A DNA stretch of 64,000 nucleotides from Phyllobates terribilis (lineage: Eukaryota): NCBI RefSeq assembly GCF_046119375.1, contig NW_027362761.1:201934001-201998000 (forward strand), given 5' to 3'. The notes under the pieces were generated by a model, which saw only the letters and a program-made list of their open reading frames with translations, had not been told where the DNA came from and searched no databases. Each line of letters starts with the position of its first letter. The first letter of the stretch is position 1. Shown piece by piece: positions 52,537-64,000 of this stretch. The position numbers were made by a program, and so were the translations under genes.

Positions 52537-55130
52537 TGTGGCACCCCAGGGGTCTGGTTACCACAGTAATAGAAATATTACGTCTGAGAGCAAGTGGGAG
52601 GTTCCCTGGTCAGGAGCCCTTAAACATGCAACACCTCCTGTCCCAAACCAGATAGGGGAGGAATCTGCCCTATATAAACTGGATCTGGGGTGGGGTTAGT
52701 GGAGTCAGAGCCTGGAGTTAGTTCCAGACACAGGGAAAGTAACAGCGAGGAGCTCTGTAGGAGCAGGAGCTGAAGACCAGGGACTTGAGCTAAGCGGAGT
52801 TCGTCCTGGCAGAAGACGCTAAGAACCGGACACAGGAGTTCGAGGCTGTGGGGACTTATACAGTGGGTACGGAAAGTATTCAGACCCGTTTACATTTTTC
52901 ACTCTTTGTTTCATTCCAACCATTTGGTAAATTCGAAAAAGTTCATTTTTTTTCTCATTAAAGTACACTCTGCACCGCATCTTGACTGAAAAAAACAGAA
53001 ATGTAGAATTTTTTTCAAATTCATTAAAAAAGAAAAACTGAAATATCACTTGGTCATAAGTATTCAGACCCTTTGATCAGACACTCATATTTAAGTCACA
53101 TGCTGTCCATTTCCTTGTGATCCTCCATGACCTGGTTCTACTCCTTCATTGGAGTCCAGATGTGTTTAATTAAAGTGATAGGACTTGATTTGGAAAGTCA
53201 CACACCTGTCTATATAAGACCTCACAGCTCACAGTGCATGTCAGACCAAATGAGAATCATGAGCTCAAAGGAACTGCCCAAGGAGATCAGAGACAGAATT
53301 GTGGCAAGGCACAGATCAGGCCAAGGTTACAAAAGAATTTCTGCATTACTCAAGGTTCCTAAGAGCACAGTGGCCTCCATAATCCTTAAATGGGAGAAGC
53401 TTGGGACCACCAGAAGTCTTCCTAGACCTGGCCGTCCAGCCAAACTGAGCAATCGTGGGAGAAGAGCCTTGGTGAGAGAGGTAAAGAAGAACCCCAAGAT
53501 CATTGTGCCTGAGCTCCAGAGATGTAGTAGGGAGATGGGAGAAAGTTCCACAAAGTCAACTATCACTGCAGCCCTCCACCAGTCGGGCCTTTATGGCAGA
53601 GTGGCCTTAAGGAAGCCTCTCCTCAGTGCAAGACATATGAAAGCCCGCATAGAGTTTGCTCAAAAACACATGAAGGACTCCCAGACTACGAGAAATAAGA
53701 TTCTCTGGTCTGATGAGACGAAGATAGAACTTTTTGGTGATAATTCTAAGCGGTATGTGTGGAGAAAACCAGGCACTGCTCATCACCTGCCCAATACAAT
53801 CCCAACAGTGAAACATGGTGGTGGCAGCATCATGCTATGGGGGTGATTTTCAGCTGCAGGGACAGGATGACTGGTTGCAAATGAAGGAAACATGAATGCT
53901 GCCAAGTACAGAGATATCCTGTATGAAAACCTCTTCCAGAGTGCTCTGGACGTCAGACTTGGCCGAAGGTTCACCTTCCAACAAGACAATGACCCTAAGC
54001 ACACAGCTAAAATAACAAAGGAGTGGCTTCAGAACAACTCTTTGACCATTCTTGACTGGCCCAGCCAGAGCCCTGACCTAAACCCAATTGATCATCTCTG
54101 CAGAGACCTGAAAATGGCTGTCCACCAACGTTCACCATCCAACCTGACAGAATTGGAGAGGATCTGCAAGGAAGAATGGCAGAGGATCCCCAAATCCAGG
54201 TGTGAAAAACTTGTTGCATCATTCCCAAGAAGACTCATGGCTGTACTAGCTCAAAAGGGGGCTTCTACTCAATACTGAGCAAAGGGTCTGAATACTTATG
54301 ACCATGTGATATTTCAGTTTTTCTTTTTTAATAAATTTTCAAAAATTTCTACATTTCTGTTTTTTCTCCAGTCAAGATGGGGTGCAGAGTGGACTTTAAT
54401 GAGAAAAAAAAACTTTTTAGAATTTACCAAATGGCTGCAATGAAACAAAGAGTGAAAAATGTAAAGGGGTCTGAATACCCTCCGTACCCACTGTATATAC
54501 CCAGCAGCAGAAACCCGCCGGCAGGGGATTTCAGGTCCTCTGGCCATAGAAGCCCGGAGGCTCAGTCACGAGCAAGGGACCAGCAGAGCCATCGAGGAGC
54601 GGGGGCTATCAGAAGGCCCCAAGTCACCAGCCATACGGGTGAGCACCACACGGTACACTCAGGGACGTGCGCTACTTCCACTCGCTTACAGCAAGGTAGC
54701 CAGGAAGAGTGCAGATAGACGGGGAGGCCTACAACTCCACCTGGCCAGGAGAACTCCAGTTTGCTCACAGACTGACCAGGCCTCTTATGCTAGCCAGTAC
54801 TCCCGGGAGGGTCTGCCTTATCACCATCAGTAAAGACCCTGAACTGCACTGCAAAGCCTCTGAGTCGTTCCTGCTGCGCTCGTGCACCATAACTCCCATC
54901 ATCCAAACTCACTACCCTGAGGCTATACTCCTCCCGTGGGGAGTTATACTACACTCTGCTGCCCTCACAACATCAGCCTCAGAGGTCTGCTCAGCAGCGG
55001 CGGTTCTTATAGACCGCAATCCACGGGTGGCGTAGTCGGACATTGCATTATACTGATACAGAGACTGCCACAACCTGGGTCTGACCACCCTGAGCCAAGG
55101 GACCGGGTCGCCACTACTACTCCCAGCATT
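52537..55130 (+). mobile_element. Related solo LTR in the opposite orientation, interrupted by a Tc1 and truncated at its 3' end
   Basis: Begins TGTGGCACCCCAGGGG, has a TATA-like CTATATAAA near 52670, and shows 3' similarity to the other two solo LTRs. A Tc1 is inserted at 52861. Confidence 0.65.
52861..54493 (+). mobile_element. Full-length Tc1 whose transposase has a single in-frame stop
   Basis: TIR CAGTGGGTACGGAAAG and TA TSD. The frame runs from ATG 53259 to 54278, broken only by TGA at 53844-46 (WG*FSAAG). Confidence 0.93.
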
Positions 55131-55131
55131 G

Positions 55132-56050
55132 CCCTGAAGCGTTTTTGCTGCGGAATTTCCGCAGCAAAAACGCTTAAAAAACGCTTGGTAATAAGTGCCT
55201 CATGGTCCCCAATGATAATCCGCATGTGCTGTGCACATGCTGCGGAAACTTCCGCTGCGGATTATCATTGCGGAAAAATACGCAGCATGTCCATTAATTT
55301 TGCAGACATGCAGCGTAACTGCCGCCATTGACTTGCATTGAATCACTTAATATCCGCATCACTACATGTGCACGTGCGGATATTAAGCGATTCAATGTGT
55401 GGATGGTACCCGGGTCTGGAGAAGAGGAGACTCTCCTCCAGACCCGGGTACCATAGAACCTGTTAAAAAAAGAATTTAAAATAAAAAATAAACATATACT
55501 TACCTTCCGATGGCCCCCGGTTCTTTCTCTGCTGCGTCCGGTCTCTTGTACGGCTCGCGGTGGTGTGAAAGGACCTTCCATGACGTCATTTAGTCATGTG
55601 ACCGGTCACACGACCGCTGAAGTCGGCGGTCGCATGACCTGTCACATGACTAAATGACGTCATGAAAGGTCCTATCACAACTGCGAGCTGTACAAGAGAC
55701 CGGACGCAGCGGAGAAAATACCGGGGGCCATCCGAAGGTGAGTATAATGTTTTTTTTATTATTTTTTACCATTTTTATTCTTTTTTTCAACTATTAACTT
55801 GGTCACACTATATAAATTCATGCCGGTTGCATGGATTTATAGAGTGTGACCAAGTTGTCAAGCACTTTTCCAAGTGATGCTAAAATAGCTTGGAAAAGAG
55901 CTTGATAACCCGCATGCAGAAATGCATGCAAAAACGCTTGACAAACGCTTCTGCCTGGCAGGAAAAACACATGTAGAATCCGCATGCGTTTTTCCTGCCA
56001 GGGACAGGCGGAAAAAATATGCAGCATTTCTGCATCGTGGGCACTTAGCC
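55132..56050. mobile_element. Harbinger MITE family A, 5'-truncated copy
   Basis: Collinear with 57460-58318 and ends GTGGGCACTTAGCC-TAA. Confidence 0.8.
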
Positions 56051-56053
56051 TAA

Positions 56054-56380
56054 GGCTATGTGCCCACGTTGCAGAAATGAAACAGAAAATTTCTGCTTCA
56101 TTTCTGCAAGTCCTCTCCCGGAAAAACGCATGCGGAATCGCCTTGCGTTTTTAATGCATTGCACAAGGCAATTCCGCTTGCGGAAACGCAAAATTATTGG
56201 ACATGCTGCGGATTTTTGAACGCAGCATAAACGCTGCGGAAAAATCCGCAGCATGGGCATAGAGCTTGCGGAATCCCCTTGGGGACCATGGGGAGCGGAT
56301 TACCTAGCGTTTCACATGCGTTTACGCTGCGGAAATTCCGCAGCATATACTCATGAAAAACGCTACGTGGGCACGCAGCT
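56054..56380. mobile_element. Harbinger MITE abutting the previous copy
   Basis: TAA-GGCTATGTGCCCACG...CGTGGGCACGCAGCT-TAA. Confidence 0.75.
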
Positions 56381-57459
56381 TAAGGGTCTTTCAAATGTGA
56401 TCTGTAATTTACATAGCTTTTTAATTTAAGCATTTAACATTTCTTAGCTGACAACTTTGTTAATTAGTCTGTATTATTTGTTAGACCTCTATAGGCAAAG
56501 TCAGCTCCCTTTAGCAATAAATTCCACATTCCTATAGCAGATTTAATTGTAGAAGTAAGATGTTTACTGTGTTTGTTTTGAAACACTAATGATTTCTGAA
56601 TAACTGACCTAACCTACACATTTTCAAGAAATAAAAGATTTCTGGAGGGTGAAAGACGATAAGATGGACTGCTGTCAGCCTATCTGCTGACTGATGGTTT
56701 GCATATAATGTACAGCTGAAATCATCTCACAAATCCCTTAAGTACGGTACGAGCATATGGTGAGTGAATTACCAGGATTTTCCCATTTGTTTTCTGCTGT
56801 ACTGCTTACAAGATTTTGTAGGCAATTAAAAGGATCCAACAGTTCACCATTAACCACTGATTTACACTGAGTGATGAAATGTGGTATAACTCTTGAATCC
56901 CGAGGAGGGCATCCCTGGCATGGAGGCAATGTATAAACAAAACAACCAGCATGCCCTTTCCTTTCCATTTACATTGTAACTGGCAATTATTGTAATATTT
57001 ATATCATATCTTACAAATACACTGACAAGTCCAGCATAGTATAGGTAGCTCAAAAGTCAAGAAATGCAGGAATGTTCAAACTGATGGTCAAGATTAATGA
57101 TATCCTCAATGCTGAGAAATACAGGCAAATACTTATCAATCATGCAAAACCAAACGGGAGGCGTCTGATTGGCTCCAATGTCTTTAAGAACTATTGTCAG
57201 TGTAAAGAGGTACAAAAAGTGCTGGAAGTGATGATATGGCCCTCACAGATCCCTAATCTCAACATCAAGTCAGTCTGAGATTACATGAAGACAGGGGTGG
57301 ATTAAGAGTAGCAAGGGCCCCGGGCAGTTTAGAAGGCGCGCCCCCCCCCCACACACACACACCTGATGTATCACATGTCACATGATCCCCTGTGATAGAT
57401 CATGTGATAGTTCACGTGAAATTAATTTGGCACAATATTAATTATAATATTTTTTTTTA

Positions 57460-58318
57460 GGCTGTGTGCCCACTATGCGTTTTTTAAGCGTTTCCACAGC
57501 AGCAATTCCACTGCAGAAACGCTTAAAAAACGCTTGGTAGAAGGTCTGCCATGTTCCCCAATGATAATAAGCATGTGCTGTGTACATGCTGCGGAAATTT
57601 CCGCTGCGGATTATCATTGCGGAAAAATCCGCAGCATTACCAATTATTTTGCGGAAGCGCGGCGTTTTCGCCGCCATTGACTTGCATTAGAACACATGGA
57701 ATCCGCATCCCTGCATCTGTACATGCAGAATCCATGCGTTTCAATGTGCGGATGGTACCCGGGTTTGGAGAAGAGGAGACTCTCCTCCGGACCCGGGTAC
57801 CATAGAACCTGTAAAAAAAGAATAAAATAAAAAATAAAGATTATATTTACCTTCTGATGGCCCCCGGTGTCTTTATCCGATGCATCCTGGCTTGCCGGCA
57901 GCTCGCGATGGTCTGAAAAGGACCTGCTGTGACGTCATTTAGTCATGTGACGGGTCACGCGACCGCTGACGTCGGCAGGCCATCAGAAGGTAAGTATATA
58001 TTTTTTACCATTCTTTCACAGTCACACTATATAAATCCATGCTGGTTGCATGGATTTATATAGTGTGACCAAGTTGTCAAGCACTTTCCAAGTGATGCTA
58101 AAATCACTTAGAAAGCGTTTGTCAATCTGCATGCGGAAATGCAAGTGAAGAACGCTTCACATCCGCAAGTCCCTGGCAGGAAAACGCATGTACAATCCGC
58201 ATGTAAAATCCGCATGTACAATCCACATGTACAATCCGCATGCGTTTTTTCTGCCAGGGAGATGCAGAAGCGCTCAGGAAAAAAATCCGGAACATTTCTG
58301 TATCGTGGGCACATAGCC
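57460..58318. mobile_element. PIF/Harbinger MITE, complete reference copy of family A
   Basis: TIR GGCT.TGTGCCCAC, TTA TSD and internal palindromes. Confidence 0.85.
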
Positions 58319-58339
58319 TTACATTAATTGTATGACTCA

Positions 58340-59350
58340 ATATTGAGCACACGTAGCCATCTATACACAGCGGGAGGCTGCACGGTGCCATCTATACACA
58401 GCGGGAGGCTGCACGGTGCCATCTATACACAGTGGGAGGCCGCACGTAGCCATCTATACACAGAGGGAGGCCGCACGTAGCCATCTATACACAACGGGAG
58501 GCCGCACGTAGCCATCTATACACAGCGGGAGGCCGCACGTAGCCATCTATACACAACGGGAGGCCGCACGTAGCCATCTATACACAACGGGAGGCCGCAC
58601 GGCGCCATCTATACACAGCGGGAGGCCGCACGGCGCCATCTATACACAGCGGGAGGCCGCACGGCTCCCCCCGCAGAGACAGCAGGAGGCCGCACGGCGC
58701 CATCTGTACTCAGCAGGAGGCCGCACGTAGCCATCTATACACAGTAGGAGGCCACACGGTGCCATCTATACACAGCAGGGGGCCGCAAGGCGCCATCTAT
58801 ACACAGCAGGAGGCCGCACGGCGCCATCTATACACAGCGGGAGGCCGCACGGCGCCCCCCCAGAGACAGCAGGAGGCCGCACGGTGCCATCTATACACAG
58901 CAGGAGACCGCAAGTAGCCATCTATACACAGCGGGAGGCCGCACGGCGCCATCTATACTCAGCAGGAGGCCGCACGTAGCCATCTATACACAGCAGGAGG
59001 CCGCACGGCGCCATCTATACACAGCAGGGGGCCGCACGGCGCCATCTATACACAGCAGGAGGCCGCACGGCGCCATCTATACAAAACAGGGGGCCGCACG
59101 GCGCCATCTATACACAGCAGGGGGCCGCACGACGCCATCTATACACAGCAGGGGGCCGCACGGCGCCATCTATACACAGCAGGGGGCCGCGCGGCGCCAT
59201 CTATACACAGCAGGGGGCCGCACGGCGCCATCTATACATAGCGGGAGGCCGCACGGCGCCATCTATACATAGTGGGAGGCCGCACGGCGCCCCCCCCAGA
59301 GACAGCAGGAGGCCGCACGGCGCCAATTATACTCAGCAGGAGGCCGCACG
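58340..59350. repeat. Minisatellite of about 29 bp
   Basis: Units of GCCATCTATACACAGCGGGAGGCCGCACGGC. Confidence 0.92.
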
Positions 59351-59453
59351 CAGTCACGCACAAACACAAACATATACAGACATATACATACATGCATAAA
59401 CACATTTGAAACACAAAAATACATATAAACAGACATCACACAATGATATCTGC

Positions 59454-59488
<35 letters not shown>

Positions 59489-60275
59489 TACACACTCACC
59501 ATCCCCCGGCACCATTCCTCCTGCCTGCTCTGACTTCTCCGTTGCAGCAGTGCAGGCCGGGCGCGCACTGCGTGACGTCACACTAGCAGACACGGCCGTG
59601 CACAGGGCCATGTCTCCTTGCAGTGACGCGGCCGGGCCAGCACAGGGAAGTTAACTGCTGCAGTGCTGGCCCGGCCGATGAAGAAGTAGCGGCGGCCGCT
59701 GCTGGGGGAGCGGTCCGGGGCCCCACCCTCCCGCTACTGCTACCGGTATGTGCCGCGGCGGCCCGCACATATAATGAGGGCAATCCGGCATTAGACACCC
59801 CGCCCGGAGCCGCGGGCCCCCTGCAGGCTCGGGGCCCCGGGCGGTAGCCCGGATTGCCCTCATTATAATCCGCCTATGCATGAAGATCAAGGAGTCCTGG
59901 ATGTGATGATATGACCCCAACAAAGCCCTGGTCTCTGAGCTTTCAGGATTTGCACAAGCCTACATACACAGAAGATATGTGGTTACTTCTCCAAGATGTT
60001 TGGAACAACCTCCCTGACGAGTTCCTTCAAAAACTATTTTCTAGTGTACCTAGAAAAATTTAAGCTTTGATGCTATTTTTAAAACAATGGGAGGTTACAC
60101 CAAATATTGATGGGATTTAGATTTCTCTTTTGTTCATTCACTTTGCATTTTGTTATTTGATCAAAATAAACTATTAACACGTCTATTTTTTTTAAAGCAT
60201 TCTTACTTACACCTGCCTAAAACTTTTGCACTGTATTAAATATCTATGATGTATTCCCTAACTTGCAATATTTAA

Positions 60276-60828
60276 AGGGAATCTGTTAGCAGGTTTTCGC
60301 CATTTAATCTGAGAGTAGCATAATATAGGGCACAAGAGCCCGGTATCCAGGGATGTGTCACTTATTTAGCTGTGTGCTGTAGTTTCAATGCTATCAATAT
60401 TTTATCAGCAGGACATTAACACTGACTACAGTTCATGCACAGGAAGCTGCCAGTCAGGGTGTGGGCCGGTTATATACAGTTTAATGAGGTGGTCAAAAGG
60501 CAAAAGTAATTTTCCTCCTAAATCCCTATTTTTTTAATGCCATAATCTAAACAAACTATTTTCCAATATACTTGCATTAAAATTTCCCTATCCTTCCCTA
60601 ACTACACTAACGGCTTTTCTTTCTTTTTTTTCACTTCATTTTTGATGACGCTTCGTTTGAGAATCCGGACCACCCCTTTAACTCTTAGCACATCTCTATC
60701 AGAAAAAAAAAGATATTCTATAAAAGCTACACCAAGCAGTCCAGTGATACAAAGTTAGAATCAGGCTTTATTGCCCTATATTATGCTGCTCTCAGACTAT
60801 ATAGCAAAATCCTGCTGACAGATTCCCT
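60276..60828. mobile_element. Kolobok/T2-type MITE
   Basis: TTAA-AGGGAATCTG...CAGATTCCCT-TTAA. Confidence 0.82.
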
Positions 60829-61029
60829 TTAATGTGTATCTACCAAATAACACAAACGAATTAAAGTAGTTCCCCCACCATTCCTCCTATCTTTATTCCG
60901 CAATGAAAACTATGTGAACTATATAACTAAGTCTTTTCTATGTGTCCTGGGACATCAGTCTTTTCTCGATCAGTTTCTCAAATCTCTAACACTGAATCAA
61001 TCTAATTTGTTTGTATTCATAGACCCTAA

Positions 61030-61642
61030 AGGCCCCGTCACACTTAGCGACGCTGCAATGATCCCGACAACGATACGACCTGTCAGGGATCGTTGCTGCG
61101 TCTCTATGTGGTCGCTGGTGAGCTGTCAAACAGGCAGGCTCACCAACGATCAGGGGAGCAGCGACATCGTGGAAAGAATCTTTCTACGATGTCCTGCTCC
61201 TGGTTACCAGCCTGCTGAAGCAGGAGCAGGCTGGTAACCATGATAAACATCGGGCTACTAGGGGCACACGCGCACCTAGTAACCCATTGTTTATCATGGT
61301 TACCGCTCTGCTACGGTGAGCGGGAGGTTACCGCTCACTTTAGCAGGCTCGTAACCATGATAAACAGCGGGTTACTAAGTGCGCGTGTGCCCCTAGTAAC
61401 CCGATGTTTATCATGGTTACCAGCCTGATCGCTGGTCCCGTTGGTCACACACTGCGATGTGTGCTGACCAGCGGGAGGGCAAGGACCAAAAAATGGTCCA
61501 GGACACTTTGCAGCGATCAGCGACCTCACAGCAGGGGCCTGATCGCTGCAAAGTGTCACACATAGCGACATCGCTGGTGAGGTCGCTGTTGCGTCACCAA
61601 AACCATGACACAGCAGCGATCTCGCTATGTGAGACGGGGGCT
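61030..61642. mobile_element. Harbinger-type MITE family B, inverted copy
   Basis: TAA TSD. Near-identical reverse complement of 50672-51280. Confidence 0.82.
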
Positions 61643-62195
61643 TAAAAATGTGTATGTGTTTGACCAGGTCTGGAAAACAAAGGAAAATACCCCAAAAGCC
61701 GTCGCTAGGGAATGTCTTAAGATGCAATAAAGAGAATTTAGATAGGACCTCAAATCAGCTTATTTTTTCTATCTATTCCCCATGTTAAAAGGGTATTTTA
61801 GGATAAAGGGGAAACAGTATTATTTTTCTTATATGGTTGAGGATTAGAAGCTGATACATTGGGGAATGTTCTAGGTCACTTTATAGAAAATATGATGGTT
61901 GTCTGGTTAGTCACTGAAGAGCAGTCTTGGGAACTTTGTTTCATATATTAATGAGTGACTTGTTAACAAACAAGGAGCTTGCCTCACTTTTTGAGACAAC
62001 CCAGACAGAATTCTTGATGACCAGATTAACGCACCACTTCAGCATTTTGTTTTTTTTATTTCACCCCTGGAGTGGTATCAATAATGTAAGTTCCTTGACC
62101 CTAGAATTATACTCACTAGCCGCTGTCTTCTACTTCTCCCGGCGCCGCTTCGATCCCGCACAGTCATCTTGTAACGGTCACAACCTCTCAATGTA

Positions 62196-63845
62196 CAGTT
62201 ATATGAAAAAGTTTGGGCACCCCTATTAATCTTAAGCTTAATGTTTTCTTAAAATTGGTGTTTTTGCAACAGCTATTTCAGTTTGATATATGTAATAACT
62301 GTTGGACACAGTAATGTTTCTGCCTTGAAATGAGGTTTATTGTACTAACAGAAAATGTGCAATCTGCATTCAAACAAAATTTGACAGGTGCATAAGTATG
62401 GGCACCTCACCAGAAAAGTGATATTAATATTTAGTAGATCCTCATTTTGCAAAAATAACAGCCTCTAGTCGCTTCCTGTAGCTTTTAATGATTTCCTGGA
62501 TCCTGGATGAAGGTATTTTTGACCATTCCTCTTTACAAAACAATTCCAGTTCAGTTAAGTTTGATGGTTGCCGAGCATGGACAGCCCTCTTTAAATGATC
62601 CCACAGATGTTCAATGATATTCAAGTCTGGGGACTGGGATGGCCATTCCAGAACATTGTAATTGTTCCTCTGCATGAATGCCTGAGTAGATTTGGAGCAC
62701 TGTTTTTGATCATTGTCTTGCTGAAAGATCCATCCCCTGCGTAACTTCAACTTTGTCACTGATTCTTGAACATTATTGTCAAGAATCTGCTGATACTGAG
62801 TGGAATCCATGCGTCCCTCAACTTTAACAAGATTCCCGGTGCCGGCATTGGCCACACAGCACCAAAGCATGATGGAACCTCCACCAAATTTTACTGTGGG
62901 TAGCAAGTGTTTTTCTTGGAATGCTGTGTTCTTTTGCCGCCATGCATAACTCCTTTTTGTATGACCAAACAACTCAATCTTGGTTTCATCAGTCCACAGG
63001 ACCTTCTTCCAAAAAGAAATTGGCTTCTCCAAATGTGCTTTTGCATACCTCAGCCGACTCTGTTTGTGGCGTGCTTGCAGAAACGGCTTCTTTTGCATCA
63101 CTCTCCCATACAGCTTCTCCTTGTGCAAAGTGCGTTGTATAGTTGACCGATGCACAGTGACACCATCTGCAGCAAGTTGATGCTGCAGCTCTCTGGAGGT
63201 GGTCTGAGGATTGTCCTTGACTGATCTCACCATTCTTCTTCTCTGCCTTTCTGATGTTTTTCTTGGCCTGCCACTTCTGGCCTTAACAAGAACTGTCCCT
63301 GTGTTCTTCCATTTCCTTACTATGTTCCTCACAGTGGAAACTGACAGGTTAAATCTCTGAGACAGCTTTTTGTATCCTTCCCCTGAACAACTATGTTGAA
63401 TAATCTTTGTTTTCAGATCATTTGACAGTTGTTTTGAGGAGCCCATGATGCCACTCTTCAGAGGAGATTCAAACAGGAGAACAACTTGCAAGTGGCTACT
63501 TTAAGTAGCTTTTCTCATGATTGCATACACCTGGCTATGAAGTTCAAAGCTCAATGAGGTTACAAAACCCAAAAAAGTGCTTTAGTAAGTCAGTAAAAAG
63601 TAGGTAGGAGTATTTAAAACAAGAAAATGATAAGGGTGCCCATACTTATGCACCTGTCAAATTTTGTTTGAATGCAGATTGCACATTTTCTGTTAGTACA
63701 ATAAACCTCATTTCAAGGCAGAAACATTACTGTGTCCAACAGTTATTACATATATCAAACTGAAATAGCTGTTGCAAAAACACCAATTTTAAGAAAACAT
63801 TAAGCTTAAGATTATTAGGGGTGCCCAAACTTTTTGATATAACTG
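62196..63845 (-). mobile_element. Second full-length copy of the same Tc1 family (1650 bp)
   Basis: Same TIRs and TA TSD. The ORF (63446-62442) ends 6 aa early because of a GGA>TGA change. Confidence 0.95.
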
Positions 63846-64000
63846 TAAGTATATAAGAGCCTTGTTCGGGCGTCGTTCTGGCTCTCATAGACTTACATTG
63901 AGAAGTGACCTTCACCTCATCCAACAAACACTGGATCCATCCAGCAGATCAGAAACTGCAGAAGACGGCCGAAGTGGCGCCAAGAACAGCCAAAGATGGC

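Larger units (their letters stand above)
57292..59878. mobile_element. Non-autonomous hAT-type element
   Basis: Imperfect TIR (CAGGGGTGGATTA / CATAGGCGGATTA) and a perfect 8-bp TSD CATGAAGA. Confidence 0.85.
57020..60233 (+). mobile_element. Decayed Tc1 remnant split by a hAT insertion
   Basis: KINDILNAEKYRQILI...WPSQIPNLN at 57072-57278, continuing with C-terminal sequence and a TIR at 59887-60233. Confidence 0.65.

Noticed and set aside
45395-64000. frmd3 first coding exon
   Set aside because: I found no sequence resembling the FRMD3 N-terminus (RCTIRLLDD), so it presumably lies beyond the window.

Overview
Eukaryotic genomic DNA, very likely from a frog (inferred from Frog Prince-like Tc1, Kolobok/T2-like and piggyBac/Uribo-like repeats). 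The window covers part of frmd3 on the minus strand: three FERM-domain coding exons (45394-45290, 7534-7492, 1482-1404) with GT-AG boundaries and consistent phases. The introns are densely filled with nested transposons. These include about a dozen Tc1/mariner copies (one with an intact 340-aa DD34E ORF), PIF/Harbinger and Kolobok MITEs, hAT elements with 8-bp TSDs, a non-autonomous piggyBac, Gypsy-type solo LTRs, an L2/CR1 tail and several minisatellites. The standout is a complete LTR retroelement at 21960-27865, with ~97% identical LTRs, a tRNA-Ala-type PBS and a PPT, but no recognisable gag or pol. It carries an intronless chimeric reading frame of about 900 codons (now disrupted), fusing a cingulin coiled-coil segment to an FXR1-derived KH/RGG-region segment that lacks KH1. 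Protein identifications come from my recall of the family sequences, not from database searches.
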